Positions 1-10,450 of a DNA stretch of 41,705 bases are shown here, piece by piece. The notes below the pieces were generated by a model. That model saw nothing but the letters and a program-made list of their open reading frames with translations, made no database searches and was not told where the DNA came from. The stretch lies in assembly GCF_043381705.1 (NCBI RefSeq), contig NC_092214.1:2654579-2696283 (forward strand), given 5' to 3'. Numbering within the stretch: position 1 is the stretch's first letter; the number at the start of each line of letters is the position of its first letter. The position numbers were made by a program, and so were the translations under genes. This DNA comes from Parasteatoda tepidariorum. Lineage: Eukaryota.

Positions 1-31
1 TTTTTTTTTTTTTTTTTGTCCTGCTTTTTAG

Positions 32-164
32 TTCGTGCCTATGCTTCAAAGTCTTCCCACATCTTCAGTTTTACTTTTACAAGAAGTGATTATACAGATG
101 GAGAATGAATATGGATCTATCTTAATTCAATCAGCTCTCACCTTATTGTGCATCACCAAAGAAG
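32..164 (+). CDS. Putative internal exon of the host WD40-repeat gene. A T17/polypyrimidine tract precedes an AG acceptor at 30-31. The frame is open and reads ...MLQSLPTSSVLLLQEVIIQMENEYGSILIQSALTLLCITKEG. The donor is AAG|GTTGGT at 165.
   Basis: A stop-free frame in ~72% AT DNA, a very strong pyrimidine tract plus AG upstream, and a GT donor. The frame stays open beyond 164 to 307, so the 3' boundary is uncertain. Confidence 0.3.
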
Positions 165-901
165 GTTGGTTTTCTCTTTTATATTCTATGTGTTTCACTC
201 TAGTTAAAAAGTGTATTTTTGTTTTAAGTGTGGCAAAAAAGAACAAAGCAGGGATTACAATCTTGAGCCACCAATTTATATGTGTTAGCAAAGCATTTTT
301 CTTTTGATAAGAAAATGGACATCTTTAACTGGGTTATATGTCCCCCTCAATCATTAGAAATTTAAAAAGCCCTTAGTAATTTTAACAAACAGAAAATTCT
401 CAACAATCGTCATTGATGTAAGATCTTTAAAAGTAAAAACAGGAAAGTAAATATCTTTACAGATATTCAACAGATTTGAGAAGCTTATTTTTTATGACTG
501 AAATATAAGGAACTAGTGTGACTGTATTTTATTTTCATCCCCCTCAAAAATAGGACATGTGAGACTCTCAGGGATAGGAATTTTTATTGATCTTTATTCT
601 CAAATAATGTGATTTTTGATTATTTCAATTTTTTTCTTTTGCACTTATATTAACATAAATATTTATTGGTTTGAGTTTGTAAACATTTTTGATCATTTTA
701 CCTTCAATAATCCTTAAATAATGTGTTCCCCTGTAACATGCATAGTTTTTTACTTCATTTTTTGCTTAGATTTTAATGTTTATACTAGGATTTAAAAATA
801 TATATTAGTGATGGTAATTACAGATGTAATTGCTGAAATATCTTAACAATTTTGAAGTTTTGCACCATAATATTTCACTAATCATTAATTCTATTTTACA
901 G

Positions 902-1088
902 GGCTAGATGATAGAGATTTGCATGTTCTTTTAAGTATAGTATTAATGGATAAAGCAAGCAATGCCTCAAACTCTTGGGAAAAAACTATACAAAAATTTA
1001 TTTCACTCAATCCTGACAGTTTAATAAGTCAAGTGACTTTCTGTTCCATGCTCCATTCAATTTGTAATTTTTCATTTAGACAGTCAAG
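902..1088 (+). CDS. Host gene exon, translating as GLDDRDLHVLLSIVLMDKASNASNSWEKTIQKFISLNPDSLISQVTFCSMLHSICNFSFRQSR.
   Basis: Acceptor ctattttacAG|gg at 900-901. The donor CAAG|GTATGT at 1089 matches the consensus well. A 62-codon open frame lies between them. Confidence 0.5.
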
Positions 1089-1382
1089 GTATGTTCTAAC
1101 TGATTATATTTTTCGTTTGTCAGAAATAATATGAAAGCAATTTTAAATTTAGCAATGTTTCAATGTAATTTATTAACAATTTTAAACTACCTATTTTAGA
1201 CATTTATATCTTGATGCAAAAATGTGTTGCTGTACACATTTAAAGCATTCACTTCTCCATAGATTAGTTTGCCTCTGAAAAATCAATCAATCATATAATT
1301 AGCAATTAAGCTTGCCTAAATATTTCTAAGAAATATTAGTATCCTAGTTGCAACAGATTTAAAAAAAAGTCTAAATTAAATA

Positions 1383-1415
1383 CACTATCTAGCCATTAAT
1401 GACCGGACACCCCTT
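1383..1415. repeat. Left terminal inverted repeat of the Tc1 element.
   Basis: Pairs as a reverse complement with 2580-2612 at 32 of 33 positions. Confidence 0.85.
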
Positions 1416-1424
1416 GAGCGGCAG

Positions 1425-2549
1425 GTGGACTCGTCCTGGCGGAATAAATACGGAACCTGTGGTGGGGGAAAGACCATTCGCAAGCAGGCGACGGCCATAC
1501 GAGCCTTAACAGTGAAGATGAGTGGACGGCAAGAGCTGAATGAGGCGGGAAGGGGCATAATCATAGGCGCCCACCTATTTGATCATTCCATACATGCCAT
1601 CTCCGACAAGTTTCAGTTACCACGGTCAACAGTTGGTGACGTCGTGTTGAAATGGGAACGAGAGGGAGTGATAAAACCGCAGTCCCGACCCGGCATGCCC
1701 AAAATAATGTCCGACAGGGATCGACGATCTCTTCGACGTGTAGTGAAGGCAAACCGACAAATGTCGTTGGACACTGTCGCTACCAACCTCCGGGCTGCAT
1801 CTGGCAATGTAGCCAGTACACGTACCATTCATCGGGAGCTGATTGCACAAGGATTCCATGGACGAGCAGCAGCACATAAGCCAAACATCTCTCCATCGAA
1901 CGCCCTCCACCGATTTCAGTGGTGCAGAGCACGTCGCCAGTGGACAGTAGAGCAATGGAAAAGCGTTATGTGGAGTGATGAGTCACGCTACATGTTGTGG
2001 CACTCTGATGGACGGGTGTGGACCTGGCGAATGCCCGGAGAATGGTACCTACTGGAGTGCATTGTCCCCACTGTGAGGTTCGGCGGTGGAGGAATTATGG
2101 TGTGGTCCTGTTTCTCATGGTTTGGCCTTGGACCCTTGGTGTTGGTGCGTGGAACCCTGAAGGTAGAAGGGTATAGAGACATCCTGTATAATTCGGCGCT
2201 TCCCACCCTGTGGCAACAGTTCGGTAATGGCCCGTTTGTGTTTCAACACTATAACGCTGCCATTCATAAAGCACATGCCATCACGGACTGGTTTGATGAA
2301 ATGGGGGTGCAAGAGCTTGACTGGCCATCCCAAAGTCCCGACATCAATCCAATTGAGCATCTCTGGGATGAGTTGGAGCGCCGGTTGAGGGCCAGACCAC
2401 AACGCCCCAAAACCACCACTCAACTCTTCGCCATGTTACAGGAGGAATGGCGGGCAATACCTGCCGCCGTGTACCAACACCTAGTGGATAGCCTTCCTAG
2501 AAGGGTTAAAGCTGTGATTCGGGCGCGTGGCGGCCCTACGCCCTACTGA
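1425..2549 (+). CDS. Tc1-like DD34E-family transposase. The biological start is probably the internal Met near 1518 ([19 protein letters not shown]...), which gives ~344 aa. The ORF is intact, but the second catalytic Asp is replaced by Tyr (FQHYNAAIH).
   Basis: Shows the paired-like HTH N-terminus ([30 protein letters not shown]), the first catalytic D in WSDESRY, and E in [16 protein letters not shown]. The middle motif reads FQHYNAAIH instead of the canonical FQHDNxPxH. There are no internal stops. Confidence 0.85.
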   Translation: MDSSWRNKYGTCGGGKTIRKQATAIRALTVKMSGRQELNEAGRGIIIGAHLFDHSIHAISDKFQLPRSTVGDVVLKWEREGVIKPQSRPGMPKIMSDRDRRSLRRVVKANRQMSLDTVATNLRAASGNVASTRTIHRELIAQGFHGRAAAHKPNISPSNALHRFQWCRARRQWTVEQWKSVMWSDESRYMLWHSDGRVWTWRMPGEWYLLECIVPTVRFGGGGIMVWSCFSWFGLGPLVLVRGTLKVEGYRDILYNSALPTLWQQFGNGPFVFQHYNAAIHKAHAITDWFDEMGVQELDWPSQSPDINPIEHLWDELERRLRARPQRPKTTTQLFAMLQEEWRAIPAAVYQHLVDSLPRRVKAVIRARGGPTPY

Positions 2550-2579
2550 CTTGATACTAGCACCTCATGTATCCGAAAT

Positions 2580-2612
2580 GAGGGGTGTCCGGTCATTAAT
2601 GGGTAGATAGTG
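2580..2612. repeat. Right terminal inverted repeat of the Tc1 element.
   Basis: ggggtgtccggtcattaatgggtagatagtg is the reverse complement of the left TIR with a single mismatch. Confidence 0.85.
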
Positions 2613-3544
2613 TAGTTTTCTCTTGAAAAGATAGTCAGACTGATCACTGAAACATCTAAAACTTGTTTTTTCAGTAATTCAGAATCGTTTTAAAACTCTG
2701 GCATAAATTAAAGCTATAACATTGAAAACTTTATCTATTACTTACCCTAGGTCAAAAAGAAATTGATATTTAAAGAAATGAAACTATCTAGTAAGCACAC
2801 CATATTTTCCATTAAATAAATTTTTAAGAAATCAAATGATGCGAAACAAGTTGTAATAAAAAATTTTGGAAGAGAACTAATTCATCTTTCATTTCAAGTG
2901 TGTTGCATTTATGCAAAAATACTCTATAATTATGCATTGTCATTTAAGAAAAATATTTGTCATTCATTTGAGAAAGATCAGAGTAGATAGAAAAATTTAC
3001 TTTTTACTTTAATTAGGAAAAATCTTAATAAATTGTGTAATTAATACTTTTCTATATTTAAGGTTTTAAATAGATATAGATGTATTTTCATATAAATTTC
3101 ATATTCAGATTTTTAATAGATTCTTGTATCTCCTAATTTTGAAAAAGAAATTGGGGAAGGGTCAGTCAAAGCACAGTTTACTAAAAAATGTTTTTTTTTT
3201 AAATTATTTTTCCGTTAATCTAAAAATCATCCTAAAAAAATAAGACTTCAAAAAAAAAACACTGCGAAATTCATGATGGAAAAATAATTCTAGAAAAGTT
3301 AGTTTAAGCATGTTATGTTTCAACATACAGGAATCACCATTGTTTTTAATATTTTAGGAACTAATAAAAAATGTGAAAATTAAGCATCAAAAAACATCTT
3401 ATCCATTTCTATCTCTTTTTGTGTTAAATTTGGCATCTGCAAATGCCATTTAGATTCCATAGTACTCAGAGCAACAGCATTGTGATTTTCAAATTCAAAA
3501 TAAACTTTATATCATCAAACCTTATGTGGATCCTTCACCCATAT

Positions 3545-3700
3545 TGCGCCTGCATAATATAGATGTAAAACTTAATCGTCTCAGAACTGGCCACACTCGA
3601 CTCTCCCATCTTCATCTGTTGTTCGGAGAATCTCCTCCCTAATGTAACACTTGTAACATTTTACTTACTGTTCATCACATTTTAACCATTAGTCCTTGTT
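3545..3700 (+). pseudogene. 3' terminal fragment of a non-LTR (jockey/CR1-like) retrotransposon ORF2. It carries the C-terminal RLRTGH...HLH...C..C...H..H.L..CP cysteine/histidine motif and is interrupted by a stop.
   Basis: Translates to LNRLRTGHTRLSHLHLLFGESPP*CNTCNILLTVHHILTISPCF. This is the conserved tail motif of arthropod jockey-like reverse transcriptases, recognised from memory. Confidence 0.45.
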
Positions 3701-4383
3701 TTAACATCTAACCTTTTTTAATAGCACTATTTTATGTATGAAGGATATGTTAGGGAAAATTCATCATCCTAACATTTTCTCATTTCTGAAAGCTATTGGT
3801 ATTCAGGGGTCTATCCAAGCCAAATTTACTACCATTGACCGGTACCTTCACAAATACTACTTTAGGAAAAATGGTAGTTTCACAAAATACTTTATTTTAC
3901 AATTTCATTTTTGTATCTCTTGTAAGAAACGATAAATCCATATTTTTACCATATTTTTGAGTTGATTTTTTAATATAATTTTTAATTTTCACAAATTATG
4001 TCTAAATTTTCACAAAATAGGTACCACCCAGAAAAAACTAGACAGACCCCTGGTATTTTATATTGTATACAACTGTTTTATCTGATTTTATTCACTCTTA
4101 TTTCTAACCCATGTAATGTTTTATCTTTTCTGTGTATTTTATGGAATTACGCTTTTTATCAAACTTTATGAACTTTTAAATATATGTGTCTTGAGATTAA
4201 CCATTTTAGTAGTTTCATTTATTTTATGAAGATGAAATTGTAGTATGCAGTTTACTATTTGATCTGATAAATCAGATCAAATTTTTTGGCACAGCATATC
4301 CTCCTTTAGATCTTGCACCATAAAACTTTATATTCAATCAATAAATCAACCCGCAGTACTCAGAATACACAAACAGTTGGCAT

Positions 4384-4423
4384 ATATCTTATTTTATTAT
4401 ATAATATCTTATTTTATTATATT
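4384..4423. repeat. Two tandem copies of an ~19-bp unit (atatcttattttattatat).
   Basis: A direct adjacent duplication visible in the sequence. Confidence 0.7.
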
Positions 4424-4975
4424 TATGGTGCTAACCCCATTCAAAAAATAGTTACATGCTTTGTCATCCTTTTCTCAACTTACTATAGAAAAATCAGAAA
4501 TTCTTTTAAGAACTGATAAATATTTAATATTGCTGATAACAAACTAAAAATAAAATTATAGTTTAGTAACAAACAAAATTTGCTTATGTTTAATTGTGTA
4601 ATGTTAACATTTGCAGTTTGGGTTTTTAAATGTCTTATGATGTAAGCTATATAATATCTAACTAATTAATTGATGTTACACCTTGACTTCAAATTCTATT
4701 GCTACCAATTACTTGCTTCCATTCAGTGTGATAAAAAAAAACTAAATATCTGAATAACTTAATTTTTGATAAGTAGACTTCTAATAAACTTGTTTGTTTT
4801 TTTTAAATGCATATTTAATAGAAATTTTTAAATAATTAGAATATTCTGGAAAATTTTACGAAGTCTTAAGATGTTCTTAATTATTAGTCTTCTTACTGTT
4901 TCTTGATGAAAAAAAATTCTTGATTGTTAGTATCCTTATTATTTTTGCTCAATTAAAGTTTACTTTTTTATTAAG

Positions 4976-5085
4976 ACCATCAAGCTTGAGTCTGGCTGGA
5001 TCAGAACTGGAGAAAGCCGTGAAAAAGTACTACTTGAATAAAAATTATTCCAATTTTCAGAAAAGCATGCATTTTCTTTTAGCAG
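4976..5085 (+). CDS. Possible host exon reading PSSLSLAGSELEKAVKKYYLNKNYSNFQKSMHFLLAG.
   Basis: Acceptor ttttattaAG at 4974-4975 and donor GCAG|GTAATT at 5086. The reading frame is open, but a competing acceptor sits at 5060, so this is weak. Confidence 0.3.
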
Positions 5086-5425
5086 GTAATTTTTATTTAT
5101 ACAATTATAAAAGGGCACATTATATTTCTTTAAAAACTGATTTTTCATTTTTTAGCAATTTTTTCCTTTTTAAAGTAACTTTGATTAATGATATTTATAA
5201 AGAAAAGTTTTTGTTTCAATTTGTGATTAGTATAAATAAATTTAATATTAACTTGATTAACTACTAGCTCAAGTTACCAGAAAAGTTATCAAAAAACTAT
5301 CTTTTAAAAAAAACATTTTTTTCTCAAAAAGTTCATCAAAACACTTTTCATTTTTAATAATGGTTCGAGTGTGTAGAATTCTAATTCCTACTAGTTACAA
5401 AGATAGTTATACAAAATCTCTCTCT

Positions 5426-5450
5426 ATATATACATATGTATGTATGTATA
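5426..5450. repeat. (TATG)n/(TATA)n microsatellite immediately 5' of the mariner insertion.
   Basis: Reads tctctctatatatacatatgtatgtatgtata. Confidence 0.7.
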
Positions 5451-5642
5451 CAAGGGAGAGTCTATAAATTCCACATTTGGTTGTCTACATTCATGTAGGT
5501 GTTCGCAGGAGAGGAAATATTTTTTAGAGGTTGGCAGCACTAATAAAAACATACAGCCACCTGGAATTCATTCCCGGTTATGCCGGCATTAGCTGCAAAT
5601 GATTTCTGACGTAGCGAATTTTTTTATTTATTAGACTTTGAA

Positions 5643-5831
5643 ATGTTGTCTTTAGAGCAGTATGCAAACATCAAATTTTGTGTTTTTCTCGAGAAATTAC
5701 CTTCTGAGATGCTGATGAAAGCATACGGAAATGATGCCATGAAAAAAACGGCTGTGTACCAGGAGCATAAGCGTTTTTATGAAGGGCACGCAAGCATCAG
5801 AGATAACCCTCGCATCTTCCACCGCAGATGA
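5643..5831 (+). pseudogene. N-terminal HTH fragment of a mariner transposase (LEQYANIKFCVFLEKLPSEMLMKAYGNDAMKKTAVYQEHKRFYEGHASIRDNPR).
   Basis: Matches the canonical mariner N-terminus (EQRANIKFC...ML..AYG..A.....V..W..RF..G). Confidence 0.75.
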
Positions 5832-5968
5832 GAATGGGTGATCAAAAACTGCCTATTCTAAACATTCCACTGCGTGTTCGAAAAATCGTGTATGTGGATG
5901 AATGAATAACCATTGATGCTATTGTCTTTAAACATCGAATTTTACATAAGAGGTTCACAACATTCTGC

Positions 5969-6322
5969 ATGATGATTTTAACATGCATTGTTTTTGTTTG
6001 CACATGGTTCCTTTTGCACGACAATATTCCACCACATTGCACTCTGATTGTGAACAAGATACACCTTATGAGACACTGTTATACCACTCTGGAACACCCT
6101 CCTTATTCTCCTGACCTTGAACCAATGGATTTTTATCTGTTCTCACAACTGAAAATGAAATTGAAGGTAAACTATTTTGTGAATTACGATGAAGTAATCG
6201 AAAATACAATGAAGCAAGTGAAGGACCACTCAAAAAATGGATTCAAGGAATGTTTTCAACAGTTATACAGACGTTGGAAGAAGTGTGTAGATACAGGAAG
6301 AAAATACTTTGAAGGTCAATAA
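5969..6322 (+). pseudogene. C-terminal fragment of a mariner transposase, carrying the 2nd and 3rd catalytic D (HDNIPPH ... PPYSPDLEPMDFYLF).
   Basis: HDNxxPH and PYSPDLxPxDFxLF are DD34D mariner signatures. The region joining this fragment to the N-terminal fragment has been deleted. Confidence 0.8.
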
Positions 6323-6392
6323 AAAATTATTGTCCTATTTTTTATAGTAATTTGTACTTGACCTATTCCGGGAACTTTTTGACCCTACCTTG

Positions 6393-6432
6393 TATGTATG
6401 TATGTAGGTAGGTACGTACGTACGTATAATCA
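6393..6432. repeat. (TATG)n/(GTAC)n microsatellite 3' of the mariner insertion.
   Basis: Reads tatgtatgtatgtaggtaggtacgtacgtacgtata. Confidence 0.7.
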
Positions 6433-6563
6433 TTATATCAAAGTAATTTAAACTTTTAATATGAATAAAGTCATTATACTCAAATAAACGTCCATATAAG
6501 AAGCGGATGAAAATGAAAGCATATATAATATAAAAATGCAAAAAAGAAAGCAATATTAGGAAA

Positions 6564-9185
6564 ATGTATAGACAAATATTAATTAATTCTCCAGATCAAA
6601 GTTATCAAAGAATTGTTGAGAGAAATAATTATAATTCAAAAATAAAAGTGTATAAATTGTGTACTGTAACTTATGGTACTTCTTCGGCATCATTTTTAGC
6701 TACTAGATATTTGCATCAAATTGCTATTGATAATAGAAACAAAAATCCTAGTTGTATTTGTTCTATTAATTGTAAGCAAATAATCGAACAAATTTCTGCC
6801 AACAAAAATGAATCATTTGTTACAGACATTTCTGCAGATGATTCTTCCAAAATATTAGATCTTCAATGGGGTTTGAATTTTGATAATTTATTATTAAGGT
6901 TAAATTTAATATTGAATCTTCCTTCACCAAGCAAAATATTCTTTCTCACTCAAAACGTTTATTTGATTCATTGGAATTATTATCTCCTTGTACGTTTCTA
7001 ATTAAGATTTTTTATTAAAAAATGTGGCTTGAAAAACTTAATTTGGATGATAATTTACCTTCTAAATTACATCAAAAGCGGATTAAATTGTAGGAAGAAT
7101 TTATTTGTACACAGATTAAAATACCTAGTTTATTACGTATTTATCGTGATGATATTGACTTACATGAGCTTAGTGATTCATCTAAGTCTGCATATGCAGC
7201 TGTAGCGTTATTACTGGCAAAAGGATAAAAATAATTGAAATAATTGTATAAATGTAAACTTAGTGCGTTCTGAAACAAAGGTAGCTCCAATTAAATAAAT
7301 TTCATTCCCAAGATTAGAACTTAAAGGCGCATTATTACATGTGAGACTTATTAAATTAATTTTAAATATTTTTTGTTAAACATAATTTCAAAGTGTTTGC
7401 TTGGTGTCACTCAAAGGCTCTATTGACATGGCTTGCTTCCCATCCTCATGGATGGAACACTTTTGTAGGTAATTGTATTAGTGAAATATTAATGCTGTAT
7501 GTCATATCTTATGACAAATATCATAGTGTTAAGTCTACAGATAATCTAGCAGATAGGTGGCTAAATCTCATATCATTATCAATTTTGATTTGTGGTGGGC
7601 TAAACCTTCATGGCTAAAAGAAAACCAAAACGATTTGCTTTTGAACATTGTTAAATCTAATGATTCTGAGGAATGGTCTAAGCAATCATTGTCTTCTCCA
7701 GCCAGTATTAGTTATGATATAATTCAGTATATATTTGAAATTGATTCTTCGTTAAGCAAAATTGTTTGTATTTTATCTTATTGCATGAAATTTATTCATC
7801 ATGTAGAAATAAGCTTGGGAAAGAAAAAATTGGTTCCTGTGTCAGATAATACAAAGATGAGTATTCCTTTATCTTTAAAGGAAGAAAATGTTGTTTTCAT
7901 TTATATTTTATCTTATGAGCAGAAAAAATTGCTTGCTTATGAGTTGAAATATTAAAAAAGATAAGCTATTAAATAAAAGGTTCTTTAAGTTCATTGTTAC
8001 CTTTCACTGATGATGAAGGTATCTTGTCAGTAGGAGGACGTTTTCAAAACTCTCCTTTTAAATATGATTAGCATCCAATAATTTTACCTCATCAGCATAA
8101 ATTTAGTATATTGGCAAAACAATTTCATGTTTCAACTGTCTTACCAAACATTATTCGCCAGTCTTTTGGATTAATGTTTGTAGAAAACTAATGCTAAGTA
8201 ATATTCATAAATACTTATATGTTGTAGATATAGAGCTTATTCCCAACAAATTATGGGAAATCTTCCGACAAATCGAGTTAAATTGAATAGAGTATTTCTA
8301 GTTTGTGGTGTGGACTATGCTGGTCCAATTTATCTGAAAACTCTAAAAAAAAAGACGCACAAAATTAATTAACAGTTATATTTTGCTTAGTTTGAATACA
8401 TTTCCACTAAAGCTGTTCATATTGAGACTGTTAGTGATCTTTCAACAAATGCATTTATTGCTGTTTTTCTTTTTTCATCACGTTGAGGTGCTCCTAAGCA
8501 TATTTACAGTGATAATGCTACGAATTTTGTAGGTGCAAAATTTAAACTGTCTGAAATGGGTAGAATTGCCATTGAGATAAATATCGATAAAAATTAATCT
8601 TATTTCCTCAATCAAAATTCAATTAAGTGGCATATGGTAGCGCCTGCTTCTCCCTATTATGGCGGTGCCTGGGATAAAATCAGTTAAATTTCATTTGCAT
8701 TGAGTTCTAGGTGATGCATCTTTAATATTTGAGGAATTAAGTACTTTATTAACTTGAATTGAAGCAGTTTTAAATTCGAAACCTCTTACTCCAGTTAGTG
8801 ATAATGATATAAATAATTTAGATGAATCAACTCTTTCTCATTTCTTATTAGGGAAAATAATATCATCTCCCCCTGAAAAATTAGATTTGGACGATATGAG
8901 TTATCATACATGCTGGGAACTTATTCAAAAATTAAAAAACTGGTTTTGGAAGCAATGGCATACAAAATATTTAAATTAATTTCGGTAGCAAAACATATGG
9001 GAAAACAGACAATATTTTTCTATTAGTAATATAGTACTGCTGAGAGAAGACAATCTTCCACCTGCTACTTGACCTGTAGGCAGAATTATTGGAGTATATT
9101 CAGGAAAAGATGATATTGTTCGAGTTGTTACAGTGAAAACTGCAAAAAGACTTTGCAAGCGATTAATAGTTAAATTAAGTTACCA
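6564..9185 (+). pseudogene. Decayed pol region of a BEL/Pao-family LTR retrotransposon, running from RT/RNase H to the integrase C-terminus. It is broken by many stops and frameshifts. No LTRs were identified.
   Basis: Conceptual translation across three frames gives VTYGTSSASFLATRYLHQ, HELSDSSKSAYAAVALL, WKTFV-like HPHGWNTFVGNCISEI and HPIILPHQHKFS. It also gives the integrase core VCGVDYAGPIYLK ... TKAVHIETVSDLSTNAFIAVF ... GAPKHIYSDNATNFVGA, then WHMVAPASPYYGGAWDK and the C-terminal DIVRVVTVKTAKRLCKRLIVKLSYQ*. These are recognised BEL/Pao pol motifs. Confidence 0.7.
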
Positions 9186-10143
9186 GTGAATCAAGAATGA
9201 ATTCTTCATTGAATAGGAGAATGTTCAAGACAACTCATAGGCGCCATAATTTCTGCATCTATAATTGTATTACAATTACATTTCATTTTCTGTTCTTCAC
9301 TTCTTCTCAGACATTTGTGATGAGGTTGTCAAATTTTAATTCTCATGTTTTAAATAAGCTATTTTTGTTATAACTGTTTTTTAGACTGCTATAAAAAATA
9401 AACTGTTTTTTAGTGATTTGTTTAAACCACATGCATCTTGTACAATGTGTTTCATTACATTGAATATGTAAGTAAAGTTTTAATTATGGACAAAACTAGG
9501 GGGAAACAATTCTATTTATTAGAAATGAAAAAGTGTAAAAAATTCACTGGCTTGTAATCTACATAACATTAAGCATAATGATAGAGTTCAATGAACAAAG
9601 GGAAGAAGAAAATACCAGCTAGAACTAGTGCAGTTTTGAGTTGCCAGTATATATACAATTCCTACTATGAGATATATCATTTGCCTATTTGCATTTAGGC
9701 GGTAGGGCAAAAAGAATACTTGTCCTTTCTGTGCTTTACTTGCACAGAATTTTTATTTCAATCTATGAAACTTTTTAAGGTCTTCTCTTTTCAGTTATCT
9801 TAATTGATGAATTTAAAATTTTTACCTTATTTCGAGTAAACAATATTAAGTAAACATTTATTATTTATTGTGTTATATTTATGGATCGAAAGATTTCAAT
9901 ACATTTTTTGGACATGTACTGTTTCTACATATTTAGAGTATAGATTTTATGGTAGGAGTATATTCAATTTTCCAATCTTATCATGTGTAGTGCTACATGA
10001 TGAAAAACATGAAATAGTACCCTTTTGCATAAGCACAAGCTGCAAAATATACAATTTTGAGAAATATATTTGTTTTGTTCTTTTTAAGGGGGGCGGGGAG
10101 GCTTTTCAATTTTCATATTTTTTTTTATTTTTTTTGCTTTTAG

Positions 10144-10450
10144 CATACTACTACTCTATTTGTGACCCTGATAATAATGCGAAATTTACAACTCGTTCTG
10201 GCTATGCATTTAGAGGATTACTTTCTCATTTATTCAATGGAAGGTGTACTCCAGAACTTGCTTCTTTGTTGTGTAATCTTCAATTTCTAGAAGCTTGTTT
10301 TTATGTGGATTGTGGCGAAATTCTTCAGGAGTATTATCTAAACATTTTAGAAGAAAAACAGAGAGGGAGGCGAGATACAAAAGAAATAGATTTTGACGTA
10401 TTAGAATCTTACAAAAATTTTGTTTGTCGTAATCTGCATATTTTAAACAG
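10144..10450 (+). CDS. Host gene exon of 307 bp reading ...YYYSICDPDNNAKFTTRSGYAFRGLLSHLFNGRCTPELASLLCNLQFLEACFYVDCGEILQEYYLNILEEKQRGRRDTKEIDFDVLESYKNFVCRNLHILNR.
   Basis: A long pyrimidine tract plus AG at 10142-10143, and a perfect donor CAG|GTAAGT at 10451. The ~100-codon open frame is of non-repetitive composition. Confidence 0.5.

Larger units (their letters stand above)
1383..2612 (+). mobile_element. Full-length Tc1-family (Tc1/mariner superfamily) DNA transposon with TA target-site duplications at 1381-1382 and 2613-2614.
   Basis: The 33-bp terminal inverted repeats match at 32 of 33 positions: 5' cactatctagccattaatgaccggacacccc at 1383-1415, and the reverse complement of 2580-2612. 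The element encloses a Tc1-type transposase ORF. It is ~55% GC, an island in AT-rich flanks. Confidence 0.9.
5451..6392 (+). mobile_element. Internally deleted mariner-family element, ~940 bp. It has imperfect ~30-bp TIRs and TA target-site duplications at 5449-5450 and 6393-6394. It is inserted in a TATG microsatellite.
   Basis: The 5' end caagggagagtctataaattcc pairs with the reverse complement of the 3' end, caaggtagggtcaaaaagttcc. Internally it holds mariner transposase N- and C-terminal fragments, but the catalytic core between them is missing. Confidence 0.8.

Noticed and set aside
1561-2423. Minus-strand and alternative-frame ORFs inside the Tc1 element (1561-1752, 1613-1828, 1626-1955, 1652-1879, 1988-2206, 2115-2423)
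   Set aside because: These are overlapping or antisense ORFs in a GC-rich transposase gene. Such ORFs are expected to arise by chance in GC-rich sequence, and they show no domain-like sequence.
9870-10143. 5' two thirds of the 194-aa ORF 9870-10454 as coding sequence
   Set aside because: The translation upstream of the AG acceptor at 10142-10143 is low-complexity (FLFFLLL..., runs of T). Only the 3' 307 bp, which lies between a good acceptor and a GTAAGT donor, looks like an exon.
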